Of a stretch of 64,000 nucleotides of DNA, positions 9,878 through 23,900 are shown piece after piece. This stretch comes from Piedraia hortae CBS 480.64. Lineage: Eukaryota. The notes beneath the pieces are model-generated. The model ran no database searches. It had not been told where the DNA came from and saw nothing but the letters and a program-made list of their open reading frames with translations. How positions within the stretch are numbered: the stretch's first letter is position 1; every line of letters starts with the position of its first letter. The DNA lies in assembly GCA_010093745.1 (NCBI GenBank), contig MU005969.1, positions 246,334 through 310,333 on the forward strand, given 5' to 3'. The translations under genes were made by a program, and so were the position numbers.

Positions 9878-11765
9878 ATGGACGTCTTCCAAGCCGTCTC
9901 CGGCTACGTTACAAAGGTAGGTGGCGCGATCGAAGCGCACCAAAGAAGGCTAATGACATGGTCAGATGGTTTCAGCCGGAGACGGGACTACTGGAGCAGC
10001 AGCCAAGATGAAGGTGCTTCTTCTGGATCGAGATACGGTTCCTATTGTATCGGCCGCCATCACGCAATCTGCTCTCCTCAACCACTCCATCTACCTCACA
10101 GACCGCATAGATAGCCGTGAGCGAGAAAAGATGCGTCATCTCCGGTGCATCTGCTTTCTGAGACCAACTTCGGATAGCATACAACTCCTGATTGATGAAC
10201 TGAGAGAGCCAAAATACGGCGAGTATCATATCTGTATGCAACGCCATCAGAGACTACCTCAATAAGAATTGTTATTGACTTGGATCCTAGACTTTAGCAA
10301 CATTATCAAGAAATCCGCTCTCGAACGGTTAGCCGAAGCAGATGACTACGAAGTCGTGAAGAGCTTGGTTGAGTATTTTGCCGACTACGTGGTCATCAAC
10401 CCGGACCTGTGCAATGTGCCACTGTCTAGTCGTCTCTTTAGCTCTTCTCCCGACACTTGGAATCATGAAAGCCTCGCAAGAACCACCGAAGGTGTGATAG
10501 CACTGCTTCTGAGTCTGAAAAAGAAGCCGCTGATCCGGTTCGAAAGCGATAGCGAATTGTGTCGGAAGTTGGCATCAGAGGTAAGATATGCAATGACGCA
10601 GGAGGAGCAGTTGTTCGACTTTCGACGACCTGATACACCTCCAATTCTGCTCGTGGCCGATCGAAGGTCAGATCCTGTGACCCCACTCCTGACACAGTGG
10701 ACATATCAAGCCATGGTGCACGAGCTACTGGGAATCGAGAACGGAAGAGTCGATCTCAGCCATGTTCCAGACGTAAGACCAGAGTTCAGAGAGATTGTAC
10801 TTTCCCAGGATCAGGACCCTTTCTTTGCAAAGAACATATATCTCAATTTTGGCCATCTGGGTCAAAATGCCAAAGAGTATGTGGAACAGTTTGCTGCAAA
10901 ACAAGCGGGTGGACAGCAGCTGGAAAGCATAGAAGATATGAAACGGTTCGTCGAGGAGTATCCAGAATTCCGAAGGCTCTCAGGCAATGTTACAAAGCAT
11001 GTCACCCTGGTCACAGAGCTGAGCCGACAGGTGGGAACAGACAACCTATTGGATGTGTCTGAGCTGGAGCAGAGCTTGGCGTGCAACGAAAACCATGGTC
11101 AAGACGTAAAGACGCTGCAGCAGCTCATACGCAACCCCTCCATACCACCAAACAATAAGCTGAGACTGGTCGCAATATACGCCCTGCGATACTCTGGCCA
11201 CGTCAACAACAACACACCGGCTTTGCTTGACTTGCTAGCAGTTGCCGGGGGATTGAGCTTGCACCGGATCAGCCTTATTCCAAAGCTTCTGGCGTATGCG
11301 CATAGCATACAAACAGCCCAGCAAGCAACCGCTGGCGGCTTACCCGAACTGTTCCAGCCAGCACAGAACGTGTTTTCTGAAGCTCGGTCGCGTATAAATC
11401 GTGGCCTAAGAGGCGTTGACAACGTTTACACCCAGCATTCACCTCGTTTAGAAACAACGTTGCAGGACTTGATCAAAGGTCGACTTAGCTTGACTTCCTA
11501 TCCCTTCCTCCAGGGAAGCGGACAGACAAAAGACAAGCCACAAGACATCATTGTCTTCATAGTCGGTGGGGTTACATATGAAGAAGCCAAGATGGTGGCA
11601 CAGGTCAATGCAAGCTCCCCGAGCGTACGCGTAGTCCTGAGCGGAAATGGCGTGCTCAATAGTTTGAGGTTTCTCGACGAAGTGGAAGATTCAGTTGATT
11701 CCTGGCCCGACCCTCGCCCAGACACGGCTGCGGGCAGATTACGGCGGGAGGTGGGGAGGACATGA
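9878..11765 (+). CDS. VPS45: Sec1/Munc18 family vacuolar sorting protein (introns 9917-9965 and 10234-10290)
   Basis: MKVLLLDRDT, MRHLRCICFLRPT, LERLAEADDYEVV, DRRSDPVTPLLTQWTYQAMVHELLGI, NVYTQHSP and IIVFIVGGVTYEEA. The GT-AG introns restore the frame. Confidence 0.95.
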
Positions 11766-11932
11766 GATGTTGGAAAAACTATGGCATTGCAATTGCCCAT
11801 GCTAATGATAGAAGACTCCAAGGCTTTCTACTGTATCGATACCGTCATTCTGACGGATTCTCGGCTCCAATTTAAAAGGACGCTGGATCAAGTGACGTAG
11901 CAAAATTTGCCTTTAGTAGACGGTTACTCGTA

Positions 11933-12359
11933 TCATCGCCGGTTCTTTTTCGCAGCCCTGCCAGTTGGCTTAAATAGGATCTGATTTTTCGCTTTTCGAT
12001 GCTTCAGCGACTTTTTCATTCGGACCTCTTTTTTCCTCTTCTGCAACTCGTTGCGTTCCAATCGGAAACCGTTGGAAGTTGTGTTGGAAGTCTTCTTCTT
12101 TCCGTCCACATCCATTACTGCATGATCAGCCCTTAACCTTATCCTGCCGCCGCAAGAACCTACCATCAACTTTGTCCCCAGGCTCGGCCTGGAGCTCCAC
12201 GTCCATTTCCCCTTCTGGAACCGGTTTTGGCTGCTGGGCCAGCTGTAGTAACTTGGCGCTCAGGCGCTCGCTGCGAGCTTGCTCAACTGGACCAAACACT
12301 CTAGTCTTTAGAGCTGCTTTGTTCTTTTTTACCCGGCTCGCTCGCGCACTCTTGGCCAT
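11933..12359 (-). CDS. Small basic nucleolar-type protein, DUF2423 (YBL028C-like); intron 12118-12163
   Basis: N-terminus MAKSARASRVKKNKAALKTRVFGPVEQARSERLSAKL and a Lys/Arg-rich C-terminus. The intron reads GTAGGT...CTGAT...CAG. Confidence 0.75.
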
Positions 12360-12990
12360 GATGATCGTGTATGTAGTGAACCCCGCTTGGGGGCGACCAG
12401 AAAATTGACGCACTAAGGCGGGTCGCTGCGGGTCGGATAGATCCGTTAGACAGAACCGTTTCGCTGATAACTTTGAAAATAGGTTTTGAGGCTCCTGTCA
12501 TAAGGGTTTGTTGGGAAATGCCCGTCATGATCACAGATTATTTAGCGGAGGGTGTTCAACGGTGCTCGCTAGCTTCCCTCTTGGATTCAAGCTACATGTA
12601 CCCCGTGGTAGCCGATAGCCAAATGTGTATCACATGATATCATGGCATTACATGAGCGGAATGGTTCCGCTCTTAGAGCAGTCCAAGCGGGCGACTCTGT
12701 CAAGATAATTCTGCACGCGCCCACATTTGTCGACTGAAACGGCTGGACTCGTCTGTCCCATTCTTTTTACAACTCCAGTTTGCGTAGTAGTCTCTGTGTG
12801 CTCTCTGTGATCGGTGCAAAACGTCCACTGCACCTTCCCGAAGGGTGCCCGGTTTTACTCTCATTCGCCCTCTGATGAGCCTGGAGTGCACGAAACCTAT
12901 CACTTAACGCTCTGAAGACGACCGAAACCATTTTCTCCACCTACGATACCAGTACGCGCTGGCCAAGTTGCCTTGAGTAGCGCAGACACG

Positions 12991-15033
12991 ATGATGTCCC
13001 GAGAGGAGCTCGTGTCAAGGCTCTCGCCGCTTATCAACGCCGACCTTAAAGATATATGCAGAACATTTGGGTGGCCCGTATCGGGCAACAAGGCCCAGTT
13101 GAGAAAGCGATGTACCGAAAGTGAGTGAATTGTTGTTAAAAGGTGGTACGCAGAACAGGAAATCTAACATACTTGTTGCAGTAATCGAACGCGAATTTAG
13201 CCAAAACAGTCCAAACGGTGTTGAAAAACTACGCAACTTGATTGAGAAGAAGGAATTCAGCGGTTGGCGGCCTGCAGTGCTCACCCCAACCCGCTTGCCG
13301 CCTTCTGCCAACTCAGCTTTGCACCCCGTGGGGTCATCGATAGCACGGCCTAGGCAGATTGGCGGTGGCAGAAGTAAGTCAAGTCCGTCTAGTTGTCGGC
13401 TTACTAAAGAGAAGGAAGTTTCGTTCAAGGAGAGCCCGTTTTATGAGATTATAGAGCCTGTAGTGCAACCTAAAGACCTCCCAGGTGAGGTTCCCCGTGG
13501 CCAGACTTACAAGGCATCTACTGACGGGTTGCAGCAACGGGGACTCCCAATCGAGCAGTCGTCTCTATAGAAGTTGTACTTACTGCCGAGCAATGCCGGA
13601 AACTCAACGATGAGAATTACCGCATTTTGCTGTTTGGGGCAGCACTAGACCCTCTGGTAGGCTACTCTGCTCTGGACGTGACTTTCCCCGCCCAGATTGA
13701 GGTCAAGGTAAATGGCGACGAGATCAGAGCCAACTTCAAAGGCCTCAAGAACAAGGCCGGCACCACCAAGCCGGCGGACCTCACGCCCAACATGCGCACC
13801 AAGCCTCCCGGCTACAGAAACCAGATCACAATCAACTACGCACTCACCAATCGGACGTACTCTGTCGTTCCTTATATTGTGCGCTACTTTAGCCCGCTGC
13901 ATTTGCTGGAGAAGGTCAAAGCCAAGCACTTCTCTAAGGCGACGGTCCTTGACGATATGAATAAGGCCAATGCCGACCCAGACCTGGAGACTGTGGCTAC
14001 GCGCATGAGCCTCAAAGACCCAGTGTCTGCCACGCGTATCAACACACCTTTGCGGTCCACTGTGTGCTCGCATATACAGTGCTTTGACGGCTTCTACTTT
14101 CTGCAACTCATGGAGCAAGCACCACATTGGCTGTGTCCAGTGTGTGGAAGGATCATATCGTTTCAATCCTTGTGCGTTGATGACTACTTTCTCGACATAC
14201 TTTCCAACACGCCCACTGATGTGGAGCAAGTGGATGTTGAGCCAAACGGGGAATGGAACGTTATCAAAGAGGAAAGCAAAGGGGACCAGTCTGACGAAGA
14301 AGACTCTGACCTTATCGAGGTTTCTGATATCACAAAGCCTTCACTAGGAAGGAGCACAAGCATGCTCAGCCAGGCGTCCAACCAGACGTCGAGTGTGCAG
14401 CGTCAATCTGAAGCGAGGGCAGAGAAACGGAAGCATATGACGATTGATCTTACCCTGTCAGATGACGACGAGCCGCCTCGTTCCGCAAAGCGTCAAGCTG
14501 CAGCACCCGTTCGCACGCAGCAGCGAGTGTCCACGGAGGGGCCTTCAAGGCTCCAACAACTACGGCTACCGCAAGCCTGGCCAGCGTCATTATCAAGCAG
14601 TTCCGCGCGAGCGTCGCCTCACAATCCGACAGCGTCGGTGCCACAACCTAATCGAAGCGCCAACGCAGCACCGCAGACACCGAACGATGCAACTCCATTG
14701 CCCAACAGATACCCACCAACGGCGCAACCAACTAACAGCTACCCACACTCGCTTTCAAATGGGATGCTTTTGGCGCAACAAAGCTCAACACAAGGCTGCG
14801 TACGCTCCGGGGCTGGGCCGCCGCCACTGCCAAACGCATATCAGCGGGATCCACGGCTTGCGCCGATGAACTGTGCAGACAGCCCTTTTACCATCGGCGG
14901 AGACAGCCACTTTACCATCGGCGGGGACAGCCCCATGGGTCTCGATGCCAACCATGTGTACAGAGGTCGGCGCCCTTCGTTAACAAGGCCAATCACAGCT
15001 ACAACTTCGTCGTATGGGCCACAGAATCAGTGA
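12991..15033 (+). CDS. SUMO E3 ligase of the Siz/PIAS family (SAP-PINIT-SP-RING); introns 13121-13181 and 13485-13534
   Basis: SAP-like exon 1 (LINADLKDICRTFGWPVSGNKAQL), FKESPFY, PINIT (FPAQIEVKVN...KGLKNKAGTTKPADLT), SP-RING (SLKDPVS...CSHIQCFD...WLCPVC) and a SIM (TIDLTLSDDD). Confidence 0.9.
14878..14934 (+). repeat. In-frame 24-bp tandem duplication in the Siz/PIAS C-terminal tail
   Basis: gacagcccttttaccatcggcgga gacagccactttaccatcggcggg gacagcccc encodes DSPFTIGG-DSHFTIGG-DSP. Confidence 0.8.
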
Positions 15034-15692
15034 AAACCGGGACGGATGTTCAGATGTTTTTCATGAACGGGAGCGATTGCATTTTGCAGCGTGGCGCTAT
15101 TGTTGTTTCAGCAAGTTATGCGGACAGTCGGCTACCAATGATCGTAGGGAATGGCTGTTTGATACCGTGTATAATGTTAAGGCCTGTATGTATTCATGCA
15201 GGGGAAACGTAGCAACGAATGATGAAGAGTGTCGTTGGTGGTGTAGCTGACTCTGGCGGTGGTTCTGTCGTCTCCAAGTAACTACAGTATTCTGAGGTAG
15301 CTGCAAGTTGCAAGACTAATGCTGCTACTACGTCATGAAGTCGATAAGAATGGTGATTGGCCCGAAGGCAGGCTTCCGCACCTGGAGTCGTCTGGGGCCT
15401 GTCAGACATGCAGTAACACCCAGCGAAACCTCAGATAGAGTTCTGATAACAATTTAGCTGAGGCGAGGGGTGACAAAACGCAGGGCCGTGCGCGTAGGGA
15501 GGTTGAGCATTCGTCGCGGGGCTGCAGCCAATCAGCCACCGGCAAATCCCGGCGCAAGACCCTTATTCCCTCGACCGCACACCACAAGCATCGCCCACCG
15601 CGCACCGCCGTTGGCCGTCCGCCCACACTCTCTCCACCTCGACACATACACACGCAGCAGTCAGCTTTCAGCCACTGCGCGCTCTCTCTCCA

Positions 15693-18080
15693 ATGGCGCA
15701 CTCTCCGTATGTCAGCCCGCTGTCGTGGCTGACTCTACTGACAAACCCGTAGCTATGGCGCCGACCAGTTCCTCAACCCAGGCCCGGCTCCCAAGCCGCC
15801 CGTGGACCGACAGAAGAGCAACCTGACGCCGTCACCATTCCAGACGCCCGGTAATCCCAACCTTGTCTATCACCAGGGTAGCGGAACCCCGTCGGCCAGC
15901 AGCCTTGGACGCGCCAGCAGTAACACCAACGACCAAGACGTTGTCAAGGATGGCTGGGCCAAGGTCAAAGAGGAGGGCGGTGGATTCATGAAATCGTTTT
16001 GGAATGAGCGCTGGCTGGTGTTGCGTGAGAAGCAGCTGGACTTCATGAAGAACAACACAACGAGCAAGACAAGTTACTCGATGCCGCTGCGCGACGTGTC
16101 AAACGTCGCGCGCAGTGACAACTACCCGTACGCTCTTGAGCTGGCTAAGCATGATGGCAAGCCATGGATCCTCAAGTTCGAAACAGACAACGATGTTTAT
16201 GGTTGGATTGACGCCATCTACGACCGCTGCCCAAGCACCGGCGGAGTCTCGCATCCCACTGGCTTTGCTCATCGCGTCCATGTTGACTATGACCCCGTTA
16301 CTGGCGGCTTCGTCGGCCTTCCCGTCGAATGGGAGCGACTCCTCAAGGGCTCGGCCCTCACAAAGGATGACATGGCCAAAAATCCGCAGGCCGTTATGGA
16401 GGTGCTGCAGTTCTACACGGACAAGCTGGCTGTGCGTGCTGAAGATCCCAAGATGTTCCCCAGCTTGACCCCAACGCCGTCAGTTGAGCCCGGCAAAGAG
16501 AAGCAGTTGGGATATGTAACTCCCGGAAGTGGCAACGGCATCGCTCCGCCGCGTCCCCCGCCGCCGGGAGTCCAGGGTAGCTACTCCGGCGGTTTGAGTT
16601 CCTACGGCAAGTCGGCCGAGGACCGTCGCCGCGAAGACGAGGGCAGGCAGAGGGCCGACGAGAACCGCATCTACAATGAGTCTCTGCCGCAAACGCGCAC
16701 GCCGCTGGCTAAGCAGGAGCTTGGTGGTTATGGCGGTTACAGTGACCACACGACGCATAGGCCGGCCCCCGCGCCGCCGGGAGGCAAGAGCCAGACGTCG
16801 TTGCCTTTCAGACCACTTCAGGCGACGCGTCCCGCACCCTCACCTCCGGGGCAGAACGGCGGCAGTGCCAACGGCAGTCAGTACGGACAGAAAATGCTCC
16901 CCAACGGCCAGACCTACCAACAGCCGCCCACGCGCCAGCCTTCCGCTGGCAACAAGGTGTCTAATGCAAAAACGGCGGTGCAAACGAAACAGCCGACTGG
17001 CGCGCCCAGCGCGGCGGTCAAAAAGGCTGAGATGGCGCTGCAGAAAAAGGAGCCGCAGGAGAAGCCGGCCAAGGAGGCGCGCATGAGCAACATGACGGAC
17101 GCACAGGTCATGGATCGCCTGCGTGCTGTGGTGTCAACGTCAAATCCACTGGACAGTTACAGCAAGCAGAAGAAGGTTGGGCAGGGCGCTTCGGGCTCCG
17201 TCTATGTTGCTCGTGTGCGTGAAAGTGCGCCGAGCCCCTTGGCCCAGCAGCTGCTCAAGCAGTTTGGTTCGCGAGCGCAGGTGGCCATTAAACAGATGGA
17301 TCTACGCCAACAGCCGCGCAAGGAGCTGATCGTAAACGAAATCATCGTCATGAAAGACTCGAGACATGATAACATTGTTAATTTCGTGGATGCCTTTTTG
17401 CAAGAGGAGACGCTGGAGCTATGGGTCGTAATGGAGTACATGGAGGGCGGCTCTCTGACGGATGTTATTGACAATAACGACGGGATCTCAGAGGATCAAA
17501 TTGCCACAATCTGTGGGGAGGTCAGTCATGGCAATCATGTGCGGATGAAGCGTGCTGACGGGTATGACAGACGTGCAAAGGACTGGTGCATCTGCACTCG
17601 CAGAATATTATTCACCGGGACATCAAGTCGGACAATGTGCTCCTTTCGTCCCGTGGAGCTGTCAAGATCACTGATTTTGGCTTCTGTGCGAAGCTGACGG
17701 AGCAGCGCAGCAAGCGCGCCACCATGGTCGGGACGCCGTACTGGATGGCCCCCGAAGTAGTCAAGCAAAAGGAATACGGGCCCAAGGTCGACATTTGGTC
17801 CCTCGGTATCATGGCCATTGAAATGATTGAGTCCGAGCCGCCCTACCTGAACGAGGAACCCCTCAAAGCGCTATATCTCATCGCCACAAACGGCACACCC
17901 CGTCTGAAGCATCCAGAAAAATTGAGCAAAGAGCTCAAGGCTTTCCTTAGCGTCTGCCTTTGTGTAGAGGTTAAATCCCGCGCCGCCGCCGACGAACTCT
18001 GTCGTCACGAATTTCTCCAACGCGGCTGCTCCCTCGCGAATCTTTCAGACCTGCTCCGCTTTAGACGAAATGGTCATTGA
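15693..18080 (+). CDS. CLA4: PAK-family Ser/Thr kinase with PH and CRIB domains (introns 15707-15752 and 17521-17570)
   Basis: PH domain ([10 protein letters not shown]...WNERWLVLR...WIDAIY), CRIB ([13 protein letters not shown]) and kinase motifs [25 protein letters not shown] and [12 protein letters not shown]. The PH+CRIB layout is Cla4-type. Confidence 0.92.
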
Positions 18081-20986
18081 GACACATGGTGTGGTGGCAA
18101 TTATGATGAATGACAATCACCAGAATCACGAAGGAGAGGGAAAACAAAAATGACACATACCCACCGCCTTTCCTCCCTTTCTTTTCCGATTTTGTGAATT
18201 ATTCGTTTTGTGAGACTCTGGGGGGGTATGGCGCTTTGCCTTTTTGATGGGCGTGAATTGGGTTTGAATCATGTCGATGCGGTATGGGAAATGACTGGAG
18301 TATGGATTCTTTTTCTTTTTCATGGATGGAATGGAGAATTCTTCGGTTAGGGATAGATTCTGAAATGAACCTTTCTTCTTGCTGTATCAATTGGGGAATC
18401 TTCTGAGTGGGACATCTTTCGAGTCGTGAAACTTCTGTCTCCATTGATGGAAGTGGAATATCGTTCCAAGGGGCTATCTTAAGGATATTCATTTCTGAAT
18501 TTTGAATTGAAATCAGTTTTTATCAATGGATTGACGTGGTTTGGCATGCCTAGATGAGTAAAAAAACTGTCACGTGGATTAAGTAAACGTTATATAGAGG
18601 GGAGTCTGAGGACGTTGTCTTCAATGAGGGTGGGTTGCGGGTATACCAACGCCAATTCCTAGCCTGCATCAAGCCTGTTCACCCGATACTCAACATATCA
18701 TAAAGTGTTGAGTATAACCGACGTTCAGATATGGGAAAAATGGCTATCTGACAGACTGGTACGTTCGGCCGACTGTCCTCAACGCAAAGTTTCATACGAG
18801 ACAACACCTAGCTCGGGCATGTACTTATACTAATTCCAAGCTTCTCCCCTAACCAGCGGGTCAACACCCAACCCAATCGAGTGAAAAGACGAACTTAGGT
18901 GGACTTCTACATAAGCTCCCTTTATTACTTTTCCCAGGGCTTGAGAGAATAAATCTCCAAGCTTCCTGTGCATCATCTCGGGCCCCTTTGCAGAGACATC
19001 GGTTAGTCTTGGTGATTCTTCATATCATCTCACCGATATCCTGTCTCGCCGTCACCATGCCGAGGACCTTGCCGCTGGAAGAACTGCTAAATTGATCAAA
19101 AGATTAAACATTGCAGCCCTTTTGCAGTGGAAAGGAGGAGATATAGAGAGTGATAAACGCGGTACGCCCTTATAAGCCAATAGGAATGAGGTATATAGAT
19201 ACTCATAAGCTCGATGAAGCACCTGTGAAGGGCGAGCACTTGGTTGGACAACTGGAGTATACGGCGAAAATGGTCGTAGTAGGCCAAATGGAATGGTATT
19301 GAGGTACTGCTGGGATGTTTAAATGTAGACGCCCAGTAGACAATTCCTAGTATACCAAGGGTTCAAAAGTTCCACGGACTCGCCGTAAACATACTGCATC
19401 GCCCCTCAATCTACTGTCTTAGATAGGCCCTCGCGACCATGGCCACATTACGGACGAAAGCCCAGCTTTGAAATTGTGCACAAAGGTTGCCACTATCAGA
19501 GACCTTCGCCGCATAAGTGCAGATGTTGATTTCTGGCGCCAATTCGAAAAGATGGCTCGCCGTTTAGCGTTGGGCGGCCGTAAGAGGCCTCCTGTAGGAT
19601 AGGCAAGTTCGTAGCCTGCAGCACGTAAAGGTGGACCTCATCGCCGGCCCCAGTTCCACCAAGTATGTTTGTTTATTTTCCATTTGATGTCTATGGATGG
19701 GTCATAGCTCCTAATGAGCTTATGCACGAACGCCGATACCCCACGCGGGGCCGACTCCTTCACTCTCCGTCCTCTCCTTCGGTCCCCTCCGACCGCACCT
19801 CTTCCACGTCGATTTCTCGGCCACTCGGGTTATCTTGGTTTCTGGTCAACTGCCTGGGGCAGATGTCTTGTAGAACCTGGAGGCCCAGTCTCCCCCGTCC
19901 CAGTCCCACCAAGGATGAAAATTTACATTTACATTCTTACTCCCGATACGGAGACTAGCGGCCGAGGTTGTTTCGCCAATTCGCATTTTCCTAGATGAAC
20001 GGCCTCACCGCCATCCAAAATTTGCGTCAAGAATATTCAAACGTGGGACCATTCGATAGGTCTTTCCAAACGCTTCTCAATGGATGTTTCTTCTCGTGTG
20101 TGTAAATGCGATATGTAAGGACGACAAAATGCGATATTGAAGTTGTGCGATTCACGTGCCCTTTGGGACGGGGCGGCGCTAATACGTTTTCGGACGGCCG
20201 CACAATATCTGAGCTTGCTCTCAAAGAGTGGGATGTGACCCCTTTAGGGATGAACGTGGTTGCAAGTGTCAGTGAAAAGTAGTGCCAGTGGTGCTCCCAG
20301 ATGAACGACGTAAAGACACAAAACAATATGAGTAGAAACTTGTCCAGCATTGAATCACATATCGCATCAACGACTACAACCCGCCGATATGTACTCTACG
20401 GATTAGATTTCTAAACGCTGTAATGTAGAAGAGTTTGTCTTCCCTTTGAGGATTTTTTTCGGTGGGTGTCAGGCAAGCTGGTTTCAGGGAGTGATCATCT
20501 GGGAGTAGCCGATGAAACATGTGTGATGATCGCCCGCGCTTACGACGGGGTAGCATTTAATTTCGGAACTTGCCGTCTTCATCGATATTTCCGTCTGCTT
20601 AAGGACCCTGTTTCGGCATTACTTACCAAGGATATTGATTCTTTTGGCATTAGACTCCGTAATTTATGACACCGTGCCGAAAAATACTCATTTGTAAGCA
20701 GGCGGAAGTGATTTCGGGCGAGACGACAAACTTCGAAATTCAAAATGCTATCCTCTGCACGACAGTCGCCTTGATCGTCTGTGGGAATGATGGCGCACCA
20801 AACATATCTGCTGTAAGTAAAACCCCAAGGCTTTCCTGAGTTACCCTACAATTTCTAGAAAAAATGAGAAAATTGATACTATCTATACTTTACAAAACAC
20901 TGCTGTGCAGATGCATACATTCAACTTTTACATTCAAGAAACTTTCCCAAATCATCCCCTTTTCATATTACTTCTTCGAATTCAGC

Positions 20987-23900
20987 TTAACGGAAAGTGA
21001 TTGTAGGCAACTTAAAATAAGCAGATGTCGTTGACGTCGAAGTCGCCGTAGTGCTGGAAGACTTCGAGACCGTCGACGTAGTGAGCGTTGATACACCGCC
21101 GCCGAGCGTAAGAATGTTGCTTTGCGTTGTGCTTGCAGTCGTCGACCTTCCGAGGGTAACGCCGATAATGGCCACAGATGATAGGGGTGTGTAATTGATT
21201 GACGGGATGACGTTTGGCGCCAAGACATATGGGATCCCGACGTATGGCGTGCAAATGACCAGTGGCGTAAAGTCGATGCTCAGGCCACCAATGTTTACAC
21301 CTTGTTGATCCAGACGGAGGGTGACAGTGGTTCCCAAAACCGAGAGCGAGCCTCCAACGGGAATAACGCCGACCAAGGCACCGTTGACTGTCACTTCGAA
21401 CCGCTCTGTGGCCGTGTTGTAGTATGTCATCAATATGTTGCCTGCGATGTTGAGGGCCATGCCGTACGTAGCCTCTGTTGTCTGGCATGCTGATGTGTCG
21501 ACTGTGGCCGTTGACGTTTGCGTCGTGGTCGTTGGGCTTTGGGAACTGCTGCTCGACGAAGGCTTGCTCGTAAGCGTAACCGTTGATGTCACCGTTATGG
21601 TGCTGTTTGCGGGTGCCGTCGTCTGAGCAGTGGAAGTGATGGTAGTTATCGTAGTAGTGTTGGTCGACGGCGTAGACGAACTAGTCGTGTTGATGCTCGC
21701 CGCCGTGGTTGTAGAAGTAGCCAAAGTCGTTGTCACTGTCACCGTAGTATTGTTGGACACCAAGGACGTCGTCGGCTCTATAGTAGAGGTAGCCACAGTC
21801 GTCGTCACCGTCGTGGTTTCGGGTGCTGGCTCTGTCGGATATCCCGCTAGTTCAACAGTGGAGGTAGCTACAGTCGTCGTCACCGTTGCGGTAACAGGCA
21901 CGGGTTCTGTCGAAGACGCCGTCGACTCCATGGAGCTGGAAGAAGTGGTGCTGTTGGTCCACGGCGGGGTTGCGGTCGAGCTGCTCGCCGTCGACGTTGC
22001 ACTCTCTGCCGCGGAGCTAGAAGTCGGCTCAACTGGTGTAGAGCTCACGGGAGTCGTCGAGTTGCTTGCCGCGCTGGATGTGGTTGAGCTCTCCACCGAC
22101 GACGTGGTGCTCTCAGCGGTGCTGGCCGACTCTGTTGGAGATGTTGTGCTTTCGATGGTGGAGCTGGTTGTCGGCGCCTCTGTAGAGCTTTCCAAAGTGG
22201 TGCTGTTGGTCCACGGTGCACTTGCAGATGCTGACGCGCTTCCAGCAAACGACGTGGTGCTCTCGCTAGTGGTACTGTCACTTAAGCTCTCACTCGTTGA
22301 TTCACTCGTCATGGGTGCTTCAGTCGTGCTGTTGGTTAATGGCGCACCCAACGAACTCTCGGAGGTGTTCTCCGTCGATGTGGCAGGAGCAGTCGTCAAA
22401 GGGACAGCCGAAGAACTCTCCGTAGAGGACTCAGTAGAGCTAGCCAAAGTGCTGTTGGATGGGACAGTCGTCAACACTGTATTATCCGTCGTGGATGTCG
22501 CTGTGGTTGCAGAGCTGTTGGTGAAGCGCACGCTCGATGTGTCAGAGCTGATGGATGGCACACCGCTGGTGGGCGCACTGCTAGACGACACGGTGGGACT
22601 GTCTGTTGAGGAGTTGGTAAACGGTGCAGTCGAAATGTCGGAGCTTGATGACGGTGCGGCGCTTGTTAATGCACTGCTGGAGGACTCAATCGAACTAGAT
22701 GAAGTGCTGTTGGTGGGTGCACTGGATGACTCCGTTGAGCTCATAGAAGAGGAAGTCGTCTCGGGAGCAGTGGTAAGAGGTACAGTTGATGTGCTATCTG
22801 CGGTCGAGCTGGCTGTTGTGGAATTGGTGAATGGTGCGCTTGAGACCTCAGAGCTTGAGGCACTGCTAGTCGAAGCCGAAGACGTCGTGTTAACAGCTGA
22901 TGAGCTGCTAGCAGATCCCGTGGAGCTGGCAGCAGTTGGAGAATCAATTGTCGTACCAGCATCAGTGCTGGAAACCGTGGTACTATTGACCCATGGTGCA
23001 CTGGAGCCTGTCGAGCTGGACGAATCTACAAAGCCTGTCGACGCCAAAGTAGGGGTAGTAACACTGCTGGAACTTCCAACGATAGAGTCAGTAGCATTGG
23101 CAAGGACGCTGCTCTCAGCTGAGGTTGTGGCAGCAGTCTCCGTGGCATTGGTCGGAACATTGCTGGAGCTTGTAGCAGTCTCGGTTACATTTGCGGGAGT
23201 GCTACTGGAGATGGTTTCCGTGGAGCTGGCACTGCTAGAAGCCTCGGTCGTGGCAGACGAAGTGGTGTTGGTAGCTGGCGAGCTGCTGGTCGAACTGCTA
23301 GAGCTGGCAGCAGTTGGAAAGTCGGTTGTTGTTCCCGCGCCAGTGCTCAATGAGTTGGTCCCGTTCGCCCACGATGAACTGGAGCTGCTTGTGGTGGTAG
23401 GATAGTCAGAATAGCCGAGGAAGTCCGTCGTCGTTCCCGCGCCTGTGCTAAATGGACCTGTCTCGTTCGTCCATGACGCACTGGAGCTGGGTAAGCTTAT
23501 AGTGGCTGCACCGCCCGTTGATGCGCTCGGCCTGGCTACAGAAGAGCTCTCGGTCGTGACAGAGGCGGTTGTGTTGGAAGTGGTACTGCTAGAACTGCCA
23601 GTCGTCACAGACGACGTGGCGTTGGCAGGGACGCTACTTGAAGCAGTCTCAGTAGAGCTTGCGGTGGTCGGATCAGTCGCGTTGCCAGAGGAGCTGACGG
23701 AGCTTTCAACCGTTGCGGAAGCAGTGGTGTTTGCAAGAGCACCGCCAGAGCTAGTAGATGCAGGTTCAGTACCATTTCCGGGGGCACTGCTCGAGCTGAC
23801 TACAGCCGAGCTCGTACCTGTGGCCGATGCAGTGGTATTGGCAGTAGGGCTTCCAGCGGGCCGGGTGCTTGTATTGGACGAGGAATCGGTGGAACTGGCT

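Noticed and set aside
18199..18492. 97-aa ATG-initiated minus-strand ORF downstream of CLA4
   Set aside because: It has no motif or family similarity that I recognise and probably overlaps the CLA4 3' UTR. I cannot support it without expression data.
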